Shown: positions 53,131-64,000 of the stretch, piece by piece
How the letters are laid out: the number at the start of each line of letters is the position of its first letter
Numbering within the stretch: the first letter of the stretch is position 1
Notes under the pieces: generated by a model
The model's database searches: none
What the model was told of the DNA's origin: nothing
The model's input: only the letters and a program-made list of their open reading frames with translations
DNA from: Octopus vulgaris
Taxonomy: Eukaryota
Length of the DNA stretch: 64,000 nucleotides
Assembly: GCA_951406725.2 (NCBI GenBank)
Contig: OX597814.1
Coordinates: forward strand, 135,346,001-135,410,000
Direction of reading: 5' to 3'
Position numbers and translations under genes: made by a program

Positions 53131-53944
53131 AAACGATTTCTGTTCAATCTTCGTTCAACTCCATTTCTTCAATTCACTAATATATATATATATATATATA
53201 TATATCTGTGTGTGTTTTTTTTGTGTCTGTGTTTGTCCCACTATCACTGCTTGACAACAGCTGTTGGTTTGTTTACATCCCTGTAACTTTGTAATTTGGG
53301 TTTTTTGGCAAAAGAAACCAATAGAAGAAATACTAGGCTTTTAAAAAATAAGTCCTGAGATCGATTTGTTTGACTAAAAACCCTTTAAGGTAATGCTCCA
53401 GAAAGACAGCAGTAGAATGTCTGAAACAAGTAAAAGAATACACTTTCAAGTGGCTATGTAAACTGATCCTTGACACTGCATGGTTTTTCTTCCTGTCTGC
53501 GCTTAGGAGTTTTAAAGTAACAGTCAGTCTGTGCAATTCAATCTCACCCTTTAGACTTGGAGGTCTAACAACAGTGGCTTAGGGATAAGACAGCTGCAGT
53601 GACCAGCAAGCAATAGGTTTCACATTGGTGTGACCATTGCCTAAGTGGATTGTCTTATGGGGCTAGAGTGCTCCACCAACCCTGAAGTTGCTGGAAGGGT
53701 GTCAAAGATGCACTGGACCACTTGAGGTATTCTTTGGTTTTCTGTTGAGGTTGACTCTCCTAAGCTTTTTCTTTTCCCGAGGCACTTACAAGGCACAAAG
53801 CAGTGAAGGTAAGTGTACTGTGTGTCATCAAATGTATATAAGGGACTGGGGGCACCTGCAGTGACTGAGTGTTTACATCTAATTGCTAGTTATACTCATT
53901 TTCTGTATTTTTTCTTCTCTCTCTCTTTCTTTTCCCTTCTCTAG

Positions 53945-54112
53945 AAAGTGATAACATCAGCATTGGAAGTTCACAGAGTAGCCGAGATCATCAAGGAGGA
54001 AATGGTAAGGTGATCAGTTCTAACACAAACGTTCATGGAGGTCACTTAAAAAGCACTGACAACAATCAAGATTTCCATAACGCATCTGACAATGAGAAAA
54101 CTGGAACCACAG
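53945..54112 (+). CDS. RPH3A: Rabphilin-like linker exon 7 (E-SDNISIGSSQSSRDHQGGNG...NEKTGTT)
   Basis: Long polypyrimidine tract and ctag acceptor, CAG/gtatgt donor, 168 nt open in phase 1-1. Confidence 0.78.
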
Positions 54113-54519
54113 GTATGTATGTTAATGGTCTAGTTTCAAATGTACACACATGATTTCATTCTATGAGTGGCAATGACTTTCTTCTATGTTCTTAGTTTGG
54201 CTATAAGTATATAGGGCGTGAGGCATGAACAAAAACTGAATGAAGAATAAATGCTTTATGTGTATGTATGTATATATATATATGTAGGTGTAAAAAGGTT
54301 GAATGTAAATTCGTCCTTTAATTTTGGAGGTTTCCAAAAGAGATTTCTAATGCTAGTTCTTCATACCTTCCTGGTAGTTTATAGGTGTAAATTTGCGAAG
54401 ATATGAAAGTGATACTTGTATATAATGTATGGTGAATTTATGGAAAGAAGTTCTATAAAATTCATCAGTTTATTTAAAAATGGAGGAGACAAGTTGTTAA
54501 AATATATAAGAAGTTTAAT

Positions 54520-54625
54520 TCTTGCAGACGATCGTTTCATACAGAGATATAAAAATAATAATGCAAATTCATGATAGAATTAAATTAAATTAATTAGATA
54601 TATCAATGTACTCTTCAGTGCAGGA
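54520..54625 (-). ncRNA. Minimal type I hammerhead ribozyme with extended stem II
   Basis: Minus strand: tcctgca-CTGAAGA-gtaca...tgtat-GAAA-C-GATC-G-TC-tgcaaga; predicted cleavage after 54527. Confidence 0.68.
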
Positions 54626-55061
54626 GGTACAAACAAAAATACAGTGAACTTAAGAAGGAAAATAGTAAAAAAATTGAATCTAGGCGTTTCATATTTTTAT
54701 CCATGTGAGAAAGAGATGTGAGCCATGATGGATATTTAACCATAACTTAAGGTTAAATATCCAACATGACTCACATCTCTTTCTCATGCATACACACATA
54801 CATACATGCGCACACACACACACACACACATGCACGCACACACACACACATACACACACATACATACACACATACATACATACATACATACATACATACA
54901 TACATACATACATACATACATACATACATACATACATACATACAAATAAACAAACAAATAAATAAATAAATAAAAGGTGGACATTTCACTATTGGAAATA
55001 TTGGAAAAAAGATTTAGGAAATGATGGGAAGTATTTTTCAAAATGATAATAATATGTATAA

Positions 55062-55104
<43 letters not shown>

Positions 55105-55841
55105 TGAGTGTGTGGATATATTATTGTATTATGTAGCATTATATTATATGAATATGCAAAAAATCAAAGTGTTAGCAGAAGTGATGTCAGCAGCAACATC
55201 CATTGCACCTATCATAGAATGCAAATGTAAACAAACACTCAGACATGCATATGCACCCTCTGCCCCCCACACATACGCATGCACATAGGCATACATACAT
55301 ATCTCCATACATACACAGACAGCCACCCACACATACACACTTAAGTGTGACTGTGTGGTTAAGAGAATTACTTTCCAACTATGTTTCCTTAGGTTCAGTC
55401 CCACTGCGCAGCACCCTGGGGCAAGTGTATCCTGCAACAGCCCTCAGCCAACCAAAGCCATATGTGCAGATTTGGTAGTTGTAATCTGAAAGAAGCTTGT
55501 CATCATCATCATCATCGTTGTTGTCATCATTTAACATTTATTTTCTATGCTGGTTTGGTGTGGATAGTTTCACAGGATCTGGCAAGCTGTAGTGTCACTT
55601 TCAGTGTGGGTTCCACAACTGGATGTCCTTCATAATACCAGCCACTTTACAGTGTGTACTGGATGCTTTTTCTTTTCATGCTATCAGTACAAGTGAGGTT
55701 ACTAAGTAACTTGCAAGGAAAGAAAAGAAAAGACCCCTTGACTGAGTGGAGAGGTGTGTTTATACTAGGTGTTGAAGCATGATAGAGGGACAAGTACAGG
55801 TATCTTGCTAAAGAGGGGATGCATGGCTATCTTGCATTATA

Positions 55842-56052
55842 TGAGTGGGTGCAGAAAAGTTCCTGGCTTTAAAAGTATCACAAGAGGTCTAGTTGGAAGC
55901 CTAACCTGAGTTCTCTTACAGGACTTAGAAAAACTGAAGGACCACTGCAATAAGTGTGTGGATCTGAGAGGGGAACATGTATATAATCATAATTAACTGA
56001 TCCTCCTGAATTTTCTTTTACCCAAAGCTAGGAACTTTTCAGCACCCCCACA
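55842..56052. mobile_element. Mariner-type MITE, same family as 13582-13792
   Basis: TIR tgagtgggtgcagaaaagttcctggcttt / aaagctaggaacttttcagcacccccaca; the interior is the reverse complement of the other copy. Confidence 0.82.
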
Positions 56053-56776
56053 TATAAGGGTGGATGAGAGTAATAGGGAAGAAGGTGCTTGAACATGTTC
56101 TCAAGATGAGTATGAGAGAAAATATGGACAGTTGATCTAGAGAGAAGATGGGTTATTTCATAAGAGTGTGAGAGGAGAGTGACAGATGATTAAAGATAGG
56201 GTAAGAGTGAATGTAGTAAGTAATGAACAAGGGTGGAGGTGTGGTTGATAGTGAATATTGGTATGGAAGAGGAAGTTGAGAGAGGTAGGGGTGGCTTGGG
56301 AAGGTGATGACAAGCAAATGCCAAGGAAGGGAGGAGAGCAGCTTGTAAACTTGAAGATATCCCAGAAAGTAGAGAAATGACATGCAGGCTGAGAGAGTGG
56401 GAGAAGGGAGATATACAGTGACAGAGATGGAGGTTAGAGGTACATAAGTGTGGCTATCTGGTAGGAGAAGGAAGTAAACTGGTAGTGCAAAAGTAGTATG
56501 AAATGTGTCAATTCTGCTCTCAAATGATTACAGGGTGTGAGTAGTGCCATATTCAGAAGAGTGATGGAGGGATAGGTATTAAGAAGAGCTGTGAAAACAC
56601 GCACACACACACACACACATGACAGGCTTCTTTTAGCTGCCGTCTACCAAATCCACTCACTAGGATTTGGTTGACTCAGGACTATAGTTCTACCCAAAGC
56701 TCAAAGTGCACTGCAGTGGGACTGAATCTAAACTATATGGTTAGTAAACAAACTCCTTAACCACATGTGTGTATGC

Positions 56777-56826
<50 letters not shown>

Positions 56827-58535
56827 TTGTATATGTGTGTGTATAATATATATATGGCATGTAAAAAGCACCCACTACACTCATGGAGTGGTTGGCGTTA
56901 GGAATGGCATCCAGCTGTAGAAACACCGCCAAATCAGACTGGAGCCTGGTGTAGCCTCCTGGCTTCCTAGACCCAGGTCGAACCGTCCAACCCATGCTAG
57001 CATGGAAAACAGACGTTAAATGATGATGATGATGATGATAATGGTGATAGATATATATATCGTCAACGATAATTAGGATATATATATATACACTCACACA
57101 TACATACATATGTGTGTGTGTGTGTGTGTACATACATATACACACACACAGAAACTAAATTAACACTGTGATATGTGCTGCAATTTCTTTACTTTTCTAA
57201 TCTTCCAGCTATTCTAATAATTCTAATCCATAGCAGTATGAACTTGGAAGATAGTAATACTGACAAAATGAAATGCTATAAAAAAACATAACAGAAAAAA
57301 GAAAGAAAATATAATATGATATACAAACAAGAAATTCTAATTTTCTTCAATGTTGGTACTCTTCTCCAGATTTGATTATGAATTTATTTTTTTCCTCGTA
57401 ACATTCTCTCAAATTTCATTTCACCATGTATGCTTACAGAGTTACAACAAAAAAAAAACAAAAAACAAACAAACACAAAACACAAGGATCGTTATTAAAA
57501 CAAAATGGAAGATAATGATGATAATCTCTTTATTGTAATATAAGGTAATGAGGATGATAATGGTAATGATGATGATGTTAATAATAACAATAATTATAAT
57601 AACAATAACGATAATAATAATAACAACAGTATTAATGATAATAATTATAATAACAACAAACAACAATAAAAACAACTGCAATGTACTGTTTTTATGCTAT
57701 CAAATCAGTTAGTTTTGTGGATATGATGGAGATATTTGATGTGAATGATTGTAGTTTTATGTGGTAATTTTTGTATTCTTTTTTTCAGTCTGGTGTTTCA
57801 AATGTGTTGGTTTAATATTATTTTATATAAAACATGATATTAAATGTCCAAAAATGCTTTTATGAAAGTGATATTTATTGAAAATTACTGGCTCTTTTCT
57901 CCATTTTACATCATTAAATGTTTTTAAAATGTATCTGTGTACTTATATATGAGTGGGTTTATGTGTATATGGGATGATGTATATGTGAGTTTATATACAT
58001 TTATGAATTAATATATGTACAATTTTATGTTTGTATAAGTGTTTGTTAATGTGGGATACCTTTCCTGTGAGGGTGGGGGTACCAAATATGGCATAATGTT
58101 TGGAATCTATTCTGGTTGTTCAATTGCATTGCTATTTCCCAATGCTTGCTAGTTTCATATCCTTTTGTCTTGCCTTCTGTTCTGTTCTTTCCTTCAAAGA
58201 TAATGGAAATCAGTAGACAGCCAGCCAGATATACACAGATTAACTGACTGAAAGACCAAAGTGAACAGTTGAATAGTGTTCATCATAATCATAATAATAT
58301 ATACTGAATACATCTTAAAGCACATATATACTTTTAACTTTTCAGCTTATATAATAACCAAAATCTAACAAAAATATTCTGAAATGTTTTTCCTGTGCTT
58401 CAATGAAAACTGACCAGTTCTTCTACAGATGCATCACATATTTATACAAGTCAAGTTCTACCATAATTTACATCTCCTTTGGAGTTTTGGGTTTAATTCA
58501 TTTTAATTTGTATTTCTTCTTTCCCAATTCATAAA

Positions 58536-58585
<50 letters not shown>

Positions 58586-58811
58586 GCACCTACATACATA
58601 TATGTATATGAATGGAGATATATATATATAAATATATACACACACACATATGTATGTATGTGTGTTGCTCTGTCAAAAGCAGATGATATACTTGGAGCAA
58701 CAAACTTTCCATCCTAATTAGGACAGGTGTTTGGTTCTTCCATCCTCTTTGCCTCTGCTGCCCTCCTCTCTACTCTTCCAGCCAGGTAAGCTCTATGTGT
58801 ATTTGCGTGTA

Positions 58812-60328
58812 CACTGGCCAAAATAAGTTGAAGACCGATGATGACAGTTCTATTCCTTCATTAATTTATTTTTAACAAGCCTGTATAAAATTATTTTACT
58901 TTTTACAATTTATGTAGAATTTTTTCGCTTTCGAATGATATAGGTATTATATATCTTTCTACAATTTGAATAATTTTAATGTGCAATTAATTCAAATGAT
59001 TAAAAATTATCGGCAAAATAAGTTTATGACTGTACCAACAATATTTTGTTTAAATTGAAAATTTACAGCACAAACGATCAACAAACAAAAATTTATTATT
59101 AGTATCTAGTTCCATAGCCATTATTTTCAATTACAGCCTTACAACAGCGGGACATGGAGTTCAACAAATGAGTACAAAAATCACTTGGAATGTTCTGACA
59201 TATTTCTTCAATAAAATTATATAATTGGGACAAATTTGTTTGTATTTTAGCATGAACTCTTTTAGAAACATAATTCCATAAATTTTCTATTGGATTCAAA
59301 TCCAGGTTCTGTGGAGGCCACTCAATAACCACCATATTGTTGAACTCAAAATATTGCAAGACTTTCCTAGCCTTATGAATGAGGCAATTGTCCTGCTGGA
59401 AAAGAGATCCTAGTGGTGTCTGATTATTTAAATATGGCAGCACATTTTCATTTACTAATTGCAGATAGCCTACACTGTTCAGTCTGCCATCAACCTTAGC
59501 AATTCAACCAACACCTAAGCTGCTGAACACAGCCCACACCATTACCCCCTACTTCCCACTTGCACCATTTTCTTGACACACTTAGAATGGAATTCTTCAG
59601 TTAGACAGCGCCTGACATAAGTCTTTCTGTCTGATCCAAAGATACAGAAGCGGGATTCGTCACTCCAAAGAACTTTTGACCAGTCTTCGGCCATCCATTC
59701 AATATGGCTTCCACCAGTTCATCTCAGAAATTATCGGCTTCTTTTGAGTGATCCGGTCAAACAGTCCAAATTCTTTTAGGTGGCTTCTGACAATTTGTGG
59801 TGTAAAGCTGATGTCAGTTTCATTAGATAATTGCTTTAAATGTCCACAACTGTTAGCATTTGGTTACCTTCAGAGAGCCTATGAATTCGCCAATCCATCT
59901 GTACTGTTGTTTTTCTCAAAGCGCCTGTTCTTTGCCAATCTTTGTACTGGCCAGTGGCTTGAAAAGGCTTCCATGCTTGAACAAAAGCCATTTTGCTGCA
60001 CCCTAATTGCTCACTAATGTTCGTGAAAGACATATTTTGCTGATGAAGCAACACAATGTTTTGGTTTGTTAATTCGCATAGTCTTGGTATGGTCTTAAGC
60101 AAAATAATGTTGGTATGGTCTTAAACTTATTTTGCTGACAATTTTTAATCATTTGAATCATTAAAATTATTCAAATTGTAGAAAGATTTATAACACTTGT
60201 ATCATTTGAAAAAGAAAAAAACTTACATAAACTGTAAAAAGTAAAATAATTTTATACAGTTTTGTTAAAAATAAATTAATGAAGGAATAGAACTGTCATC
60301 ATTGGTCTTAAACTTGTTTTGGCCAGTG
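58812..60328 (-). mobile_element. Full-length Tc1-family transposon (IR/DR type), frameshifted DD34E transposase
   Basis: TA-cactggccaaaa ... ttttggccagtg-TA, about 240-bp TIRs with inner and outer direct repeats; WSKVLWSDESRF and FQQDN...DLNPIENLW with 34 residues between D and E. Confidence 0.93.
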
Positions 60329-62094
60329 TATGTGTGTTTATGTGTGTGCATTTGCTTGTTCTGCTGATGTGGCTTTTTGATTTGAATTTTGCTTTGTCAG
60401 TTTTAATGTCACCAGCTGTGCAGCTAAACATTTTATGCTTGAATAAAAATATTTCCACCCAGTTGATTCTAAGCCTGGAATGTATCCACCCTGTTGATTC
60501 TGAGAATTACTAATCCATTTTTAAACACTCAATCTATCTTAATGTCAAACTTGTTGAAATGATAAATATACAGACAACTGAATAATAGATCAAGGGTTAA
60601 AACACTTTTCAAAGCTTTCTGTTGTGTTTTTAGTCATGGCATTTTACTCAGCTTGCCACAATCTACCTGGCTAAAAATAACTGCCACTCCTGTTTTGCAA
60701 CTGAGAAATATTTATTTCATCTAAATATTTGAATTTGCATAGCCATCTAATCGTTCTAGTCAGAAAACAAAACTCTGTTATTAATAATTAACTAAGGTTT
60801 TCTCATACCAAACAATCCTAGTAGCTGAACAATCTAGACAAGTATTGAAAAAAACCAAGGTCATAGTTTAATTTTTAATCATTTTTATTGTTCATATTAT
60901 ATTATTTCTTTCTACATTACATCATATATTAAATCAGTACTAAACTAACATGTCTGTTTCAAACATTATATTGTATACAATGCACCTGAGCACTGTATAT
61001 AATAAGTTTATTATTATCATACCAAATAAAATTTATAAACAAGCTTGTAACAATATTTCTTCAATGATTTTCAAATAATGTTTTTATAGTACATATTATG
61101 TAAGCATGTTTATATACTGATGAATTCATTAATTATGGACAATTTAATTGAGATTCATATAGCAAACAGTAACAGATAAGATAGCATTCACTTCTATTAA
61201 ATGATAAAAGTTATGAAGTTCTATATTATAAAACAATTAAATATCTACTAATCAACTGAATATGGAGATTTTAGATTAGCTGTTTTGTTGTTGTTTTTTT
61301 GATGGGGGTGGCAGGGAACAGACCTTAGCTTCTAAAGGTGACTTGTCATCATATTACCAAAAATATCAGTGGATAAAATGCATTCAGCGTCATTAGTATC
61401 TTGTATGCTTCCATTGAAAGTAATCTTTGTTATAGATGACATCTTAGAGAATTGTTTCACTGTAGGTAGGTCCTAATGAAATAGACATATAATCAGAGGT
61501 ATCCCAGCTATGACTACCCTGGTATTTTATGTAAAAAAAAATTTTTTTTATTTTTAAATAAGTGACCACAATGTCCAGTTTTCTTAAGACAGTAGGATGT
61601 TATTTAAGAGAGATTTTGTTTCTGTTTTTAGCAGGCTGAGTGGCTGCACTAAGAGCACCCTGGGTCACTAATTATCAGATTATCCTTACGAGGGACACTG
61701 TCCAGTGCTAGTGAAGAGGAACAAATTATTGATATTTTATCTTTTTTTATGGGAAATACAAGCAGAAAGTAGTTTTTGAAAACTTCCTATCAGATTCTTG
61801 CTGATTCAGATTATCACCAGTCTATGAAATCTAGTGGCCGTCTTTGTCTTCCTATTGATTTGGTTAGTTGTATTCCTCAGAAAATAACTACCTACCCATT
61901 CATAAGCTTATGTGGATAGAATATTTTATTCCAACTCTGCTGAGATAGGTTTTAGAAATTGCATTTCTTTCTATTTCATTTGGCATGTTATTATAAGAAT
62001 TGATTAGTAACAACATAAGGTTCTTTTGCTGGAATATGAACCGTATCAGGAACTTATATTCATGTGTATGTATGCTTATTCTTTTATTCTTTTA

Positions 62095-62440
62095 CTTGTT
62101 TAAGTTATTTGATTGCAGCCATGCTGGAGTAATGCCTTTAGTTGAACATATTGACCCCAGGACTTATTTTTTGTTAGCCTAGTACTTATTCTAGTTACAG
62201 GGATGTAAATACACCAACATCGGTTGTCAAGTGATGGTGGGGAGACAAACACAGATGCACAAATATATATACATGTCTATCTATATATATATTGTATATA
62301 TGATGGCTTCTTTCAATTTCCATCTACCAAATCCACTCACAAGGCTTTGGTCAGCCTAAGGCTATAGCAGAAGACACTTGTCCAAGGTATCACACAGTGG
62401 GACTCAACTCAGAACCATGTGGTTGGGAAGCAAGCTTCTC
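62095..62440 (-). mobile_element. tRNA-derived SINE, family A
   Basis: Reverse complement of the family A head, body and tail. Confidence 0.75.
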
Positions 62441-62736
62441 TTTTTTCCCTTATCCTTAATTGCTTTTGTGATCCCTCCTTACTTACCACAACCCATAGCT
62501 TACCATAATAAATTTTCTCCTACAGCCCACTGCAGTCTTACCATAATCTAGTCTAGTCTGAGTCACTGACCTTAGATATCAAATTACACACTTTAAAGAA
62601 CTACATTCTTAACCTAAACTGCCAACATAGTTGCTCATTTTCCCATTCATAACTGGCCTTGACAAACACATCCCTGCTGTGTTCCTGAATATTCTTTTAT
62701 TTTGTAAAAGAATATTCAAGAACACAGCAGGTATAT

Positions 62737-62830
62737 GTCTTCTCATCTGATGATTACAGTCTTTTATAAAGATGTAATGTTCTCATTCATCTATTAAAAG
62801 TTATGAAAGAAACAGCTGTAATGAGATGAC
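62737..62830 (+). ncRNA. Minimal type I hammerhead ribozyme
   Basis: Stem I gtcttctcat / atgagatgac (9 of 10 pairs); CTGATGA at 62747-62753; imperfect long stem II; GAAA at 62809-62812; stem III C-AGCT-G; predicted cleavage after GUA at 62820. Confidence 0.72.
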
Positions 62831-63286
62831 AATTATCCATTATATGTTAATATTCATTTGATTACAATACACCAGGGTATTTATGACTTATCGGACACGC
62901 TAGAGTATACCAACAATGTACTACTCAAAGTTATGCGTTATTTGGACACAAACGAAATATCCTAGCTGATATTGTCAACTCTCACAAACCATAGGCCTGA
63001 ACTGCAGACATTACCCATCCCTACCTGGTGCATACCTTTTCAAGCACCTAATTCTATTGGAATCTTCTTCTTACTACTTATAGGGCTTCTTTCAGTTTCT
63101 GTTTACCAAATCCATGACAGGCTTCTTTCAGTTTCTGTCTACCAAAATCCACTCACAAGGCTTTGCTTGGCCTGAAGCTATAGTAGAAGACACTTGCCCA
63201 TGGTGCTACACAGTGGGATTGAACCCAGAACCATGTGGTTGGGAAGCAAGTTTCTTGCCACACTCCTGCACCTATATATATATATA

Positions 63287-64000
63287 CTGGGTCATCCCAT
63301 AAATAATGAAGTTTTTTAAATTGCATGAACTAAAAGTTGGAGGGGAATGGGATAAACTACCTGCATCTATTTGCTTTAAAAGGAGGTTGTAAATTTACCT
63401 TGTCCGTATTCTTAGTGCAAGTTTTGAAAAGTGCTGTTATTTTTTCAAAGCTATAATAGAAGTGACAAAAGAACATATTCGGGGTAGTTTGCTTTATGAG
63501 TTCAATAAAGGCAACAACACAACAGAAAGCACAAGGAATATTAATGCAGTATATGGGGATCGGACAGCAAGCGTAAGCCAGTGTCAATAGTAGTTCCAGA
63601 AATTCTGAGCCAGAAACCACAGCCTAGAAAATAAGCATTATCCTGGAAGATCTGTAGGGCTCAAAAAGGACTTCCTGCAAACCCTAGTGGAAGAAAATCC
63701 CACCGTGACTGTTGAGGAACTAACAGAGAAGCTTAGATTTGGTCATTCGACCAGTCATTCAAGTCAGCACTAGAAGAAAATCGACCATCTTTGGTTTCAA
63801 GATGAAAGGTGTTTTTTCATCAAGATAATGCTTAGCTACATACAGCAAGGATAACATTCCAAAGGCTGGAGAAGTTTGAATGGGAAACAATACCCCACCC
63901 ACCATTTACACCAGACATTGCCCTATATGATTATCATTTATTCTGCAGTCTTCCAAATCATTTGGACGGAAAAAAATATGAATTCTGTAGATGAGATCAG
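63287..64000 (+). mobile_element. Mariner-family transposon, internally deleted, running off the window
   Basis: Starts after TA. HIRGSLLYEFNKG, INAVYG and LVEENP, then a jump to FFHQDNA and IPHPPFTPDIALYDYHLF (mariner YSPDLAPSDY-like). Confidence 0.85.

Larger units (their letters stand above)
52854..53182. repeat. Perfect palindrome, 156-bp arms, 17-nt loop
   Basis: 52854-53009 is the reverse complement of 53027-53182; the ORF track gives mirror-identical peptides on both strands. Confidence 0.97.
52497..53440 (+). mobile_element. Family A SINE whose internal (TA)n hosts the 52691-53182 insertion
   Basis: Head and body at 52497-52652; the tail resumes at about 53205-53440. Confidence 0.8.

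Noticed and set aside
54400-54475. Extra minus-strand CTGATGA followed by a hairpin
   Set aside because: There is no GAAA/UH half after the hairpin.
13165-57681. Many ORF-track peptides rich in YI, CV, HT, poly-L, poly-I or poly-D
   Set aside because: They are translations of (TA)n, (TG)n, (CA)n and trinucleotide repeats.
2378-63272. tRNA-like A/B-box segments as tRNA genes
   Set aside because: They run directly into repeated SINE bodies and show no complete cloverleaf.
54113-64000. C2-domain exons of rabphilin
   Set aside because: I found no C2 motif in any frame I could read; they are presumably beyond the window or absent.

Overview
This is AT-rich, microsatellite- and SINE-dense animal genomic DNA; the repeat content suggests an octopus (inference). 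One host gene is readable on the + strand: the 5' coding exons of a rabphilin/Noc2-family Rab effector (ATG at 30227, seven exons to 54112, Rab-binding helix plus FYVE-type Zn finger and SGAWFF motif; no C2-domain exon is seen in the window). The rest is transposable elements: a young 5'-truncated RTE LINE with a PHD-like finger inside its RT, Dong/R4-like and Tx1/L1-like LINE remnants nested in (ATT)n tracts, a decayed Penelope-like element (PLE), Tc1 and mariner transposons, TTAA and TA MITEs, and several tRNA-derived SINE families. The most unusual signal is a set of about ten short, mostly microsatellite-embedded, non-coding elements. They carry minimal type I hammerhead ribozyme motifs with palindromic stem III, and five have an inverted repeat (fold-back) on the upstream side. 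The best case is a perfect 156-bp-arm palindrome (52854-53182) with an intact ribozyme core on each strand. All coordinates and pairings were read by eye; nothing was computed or searched.
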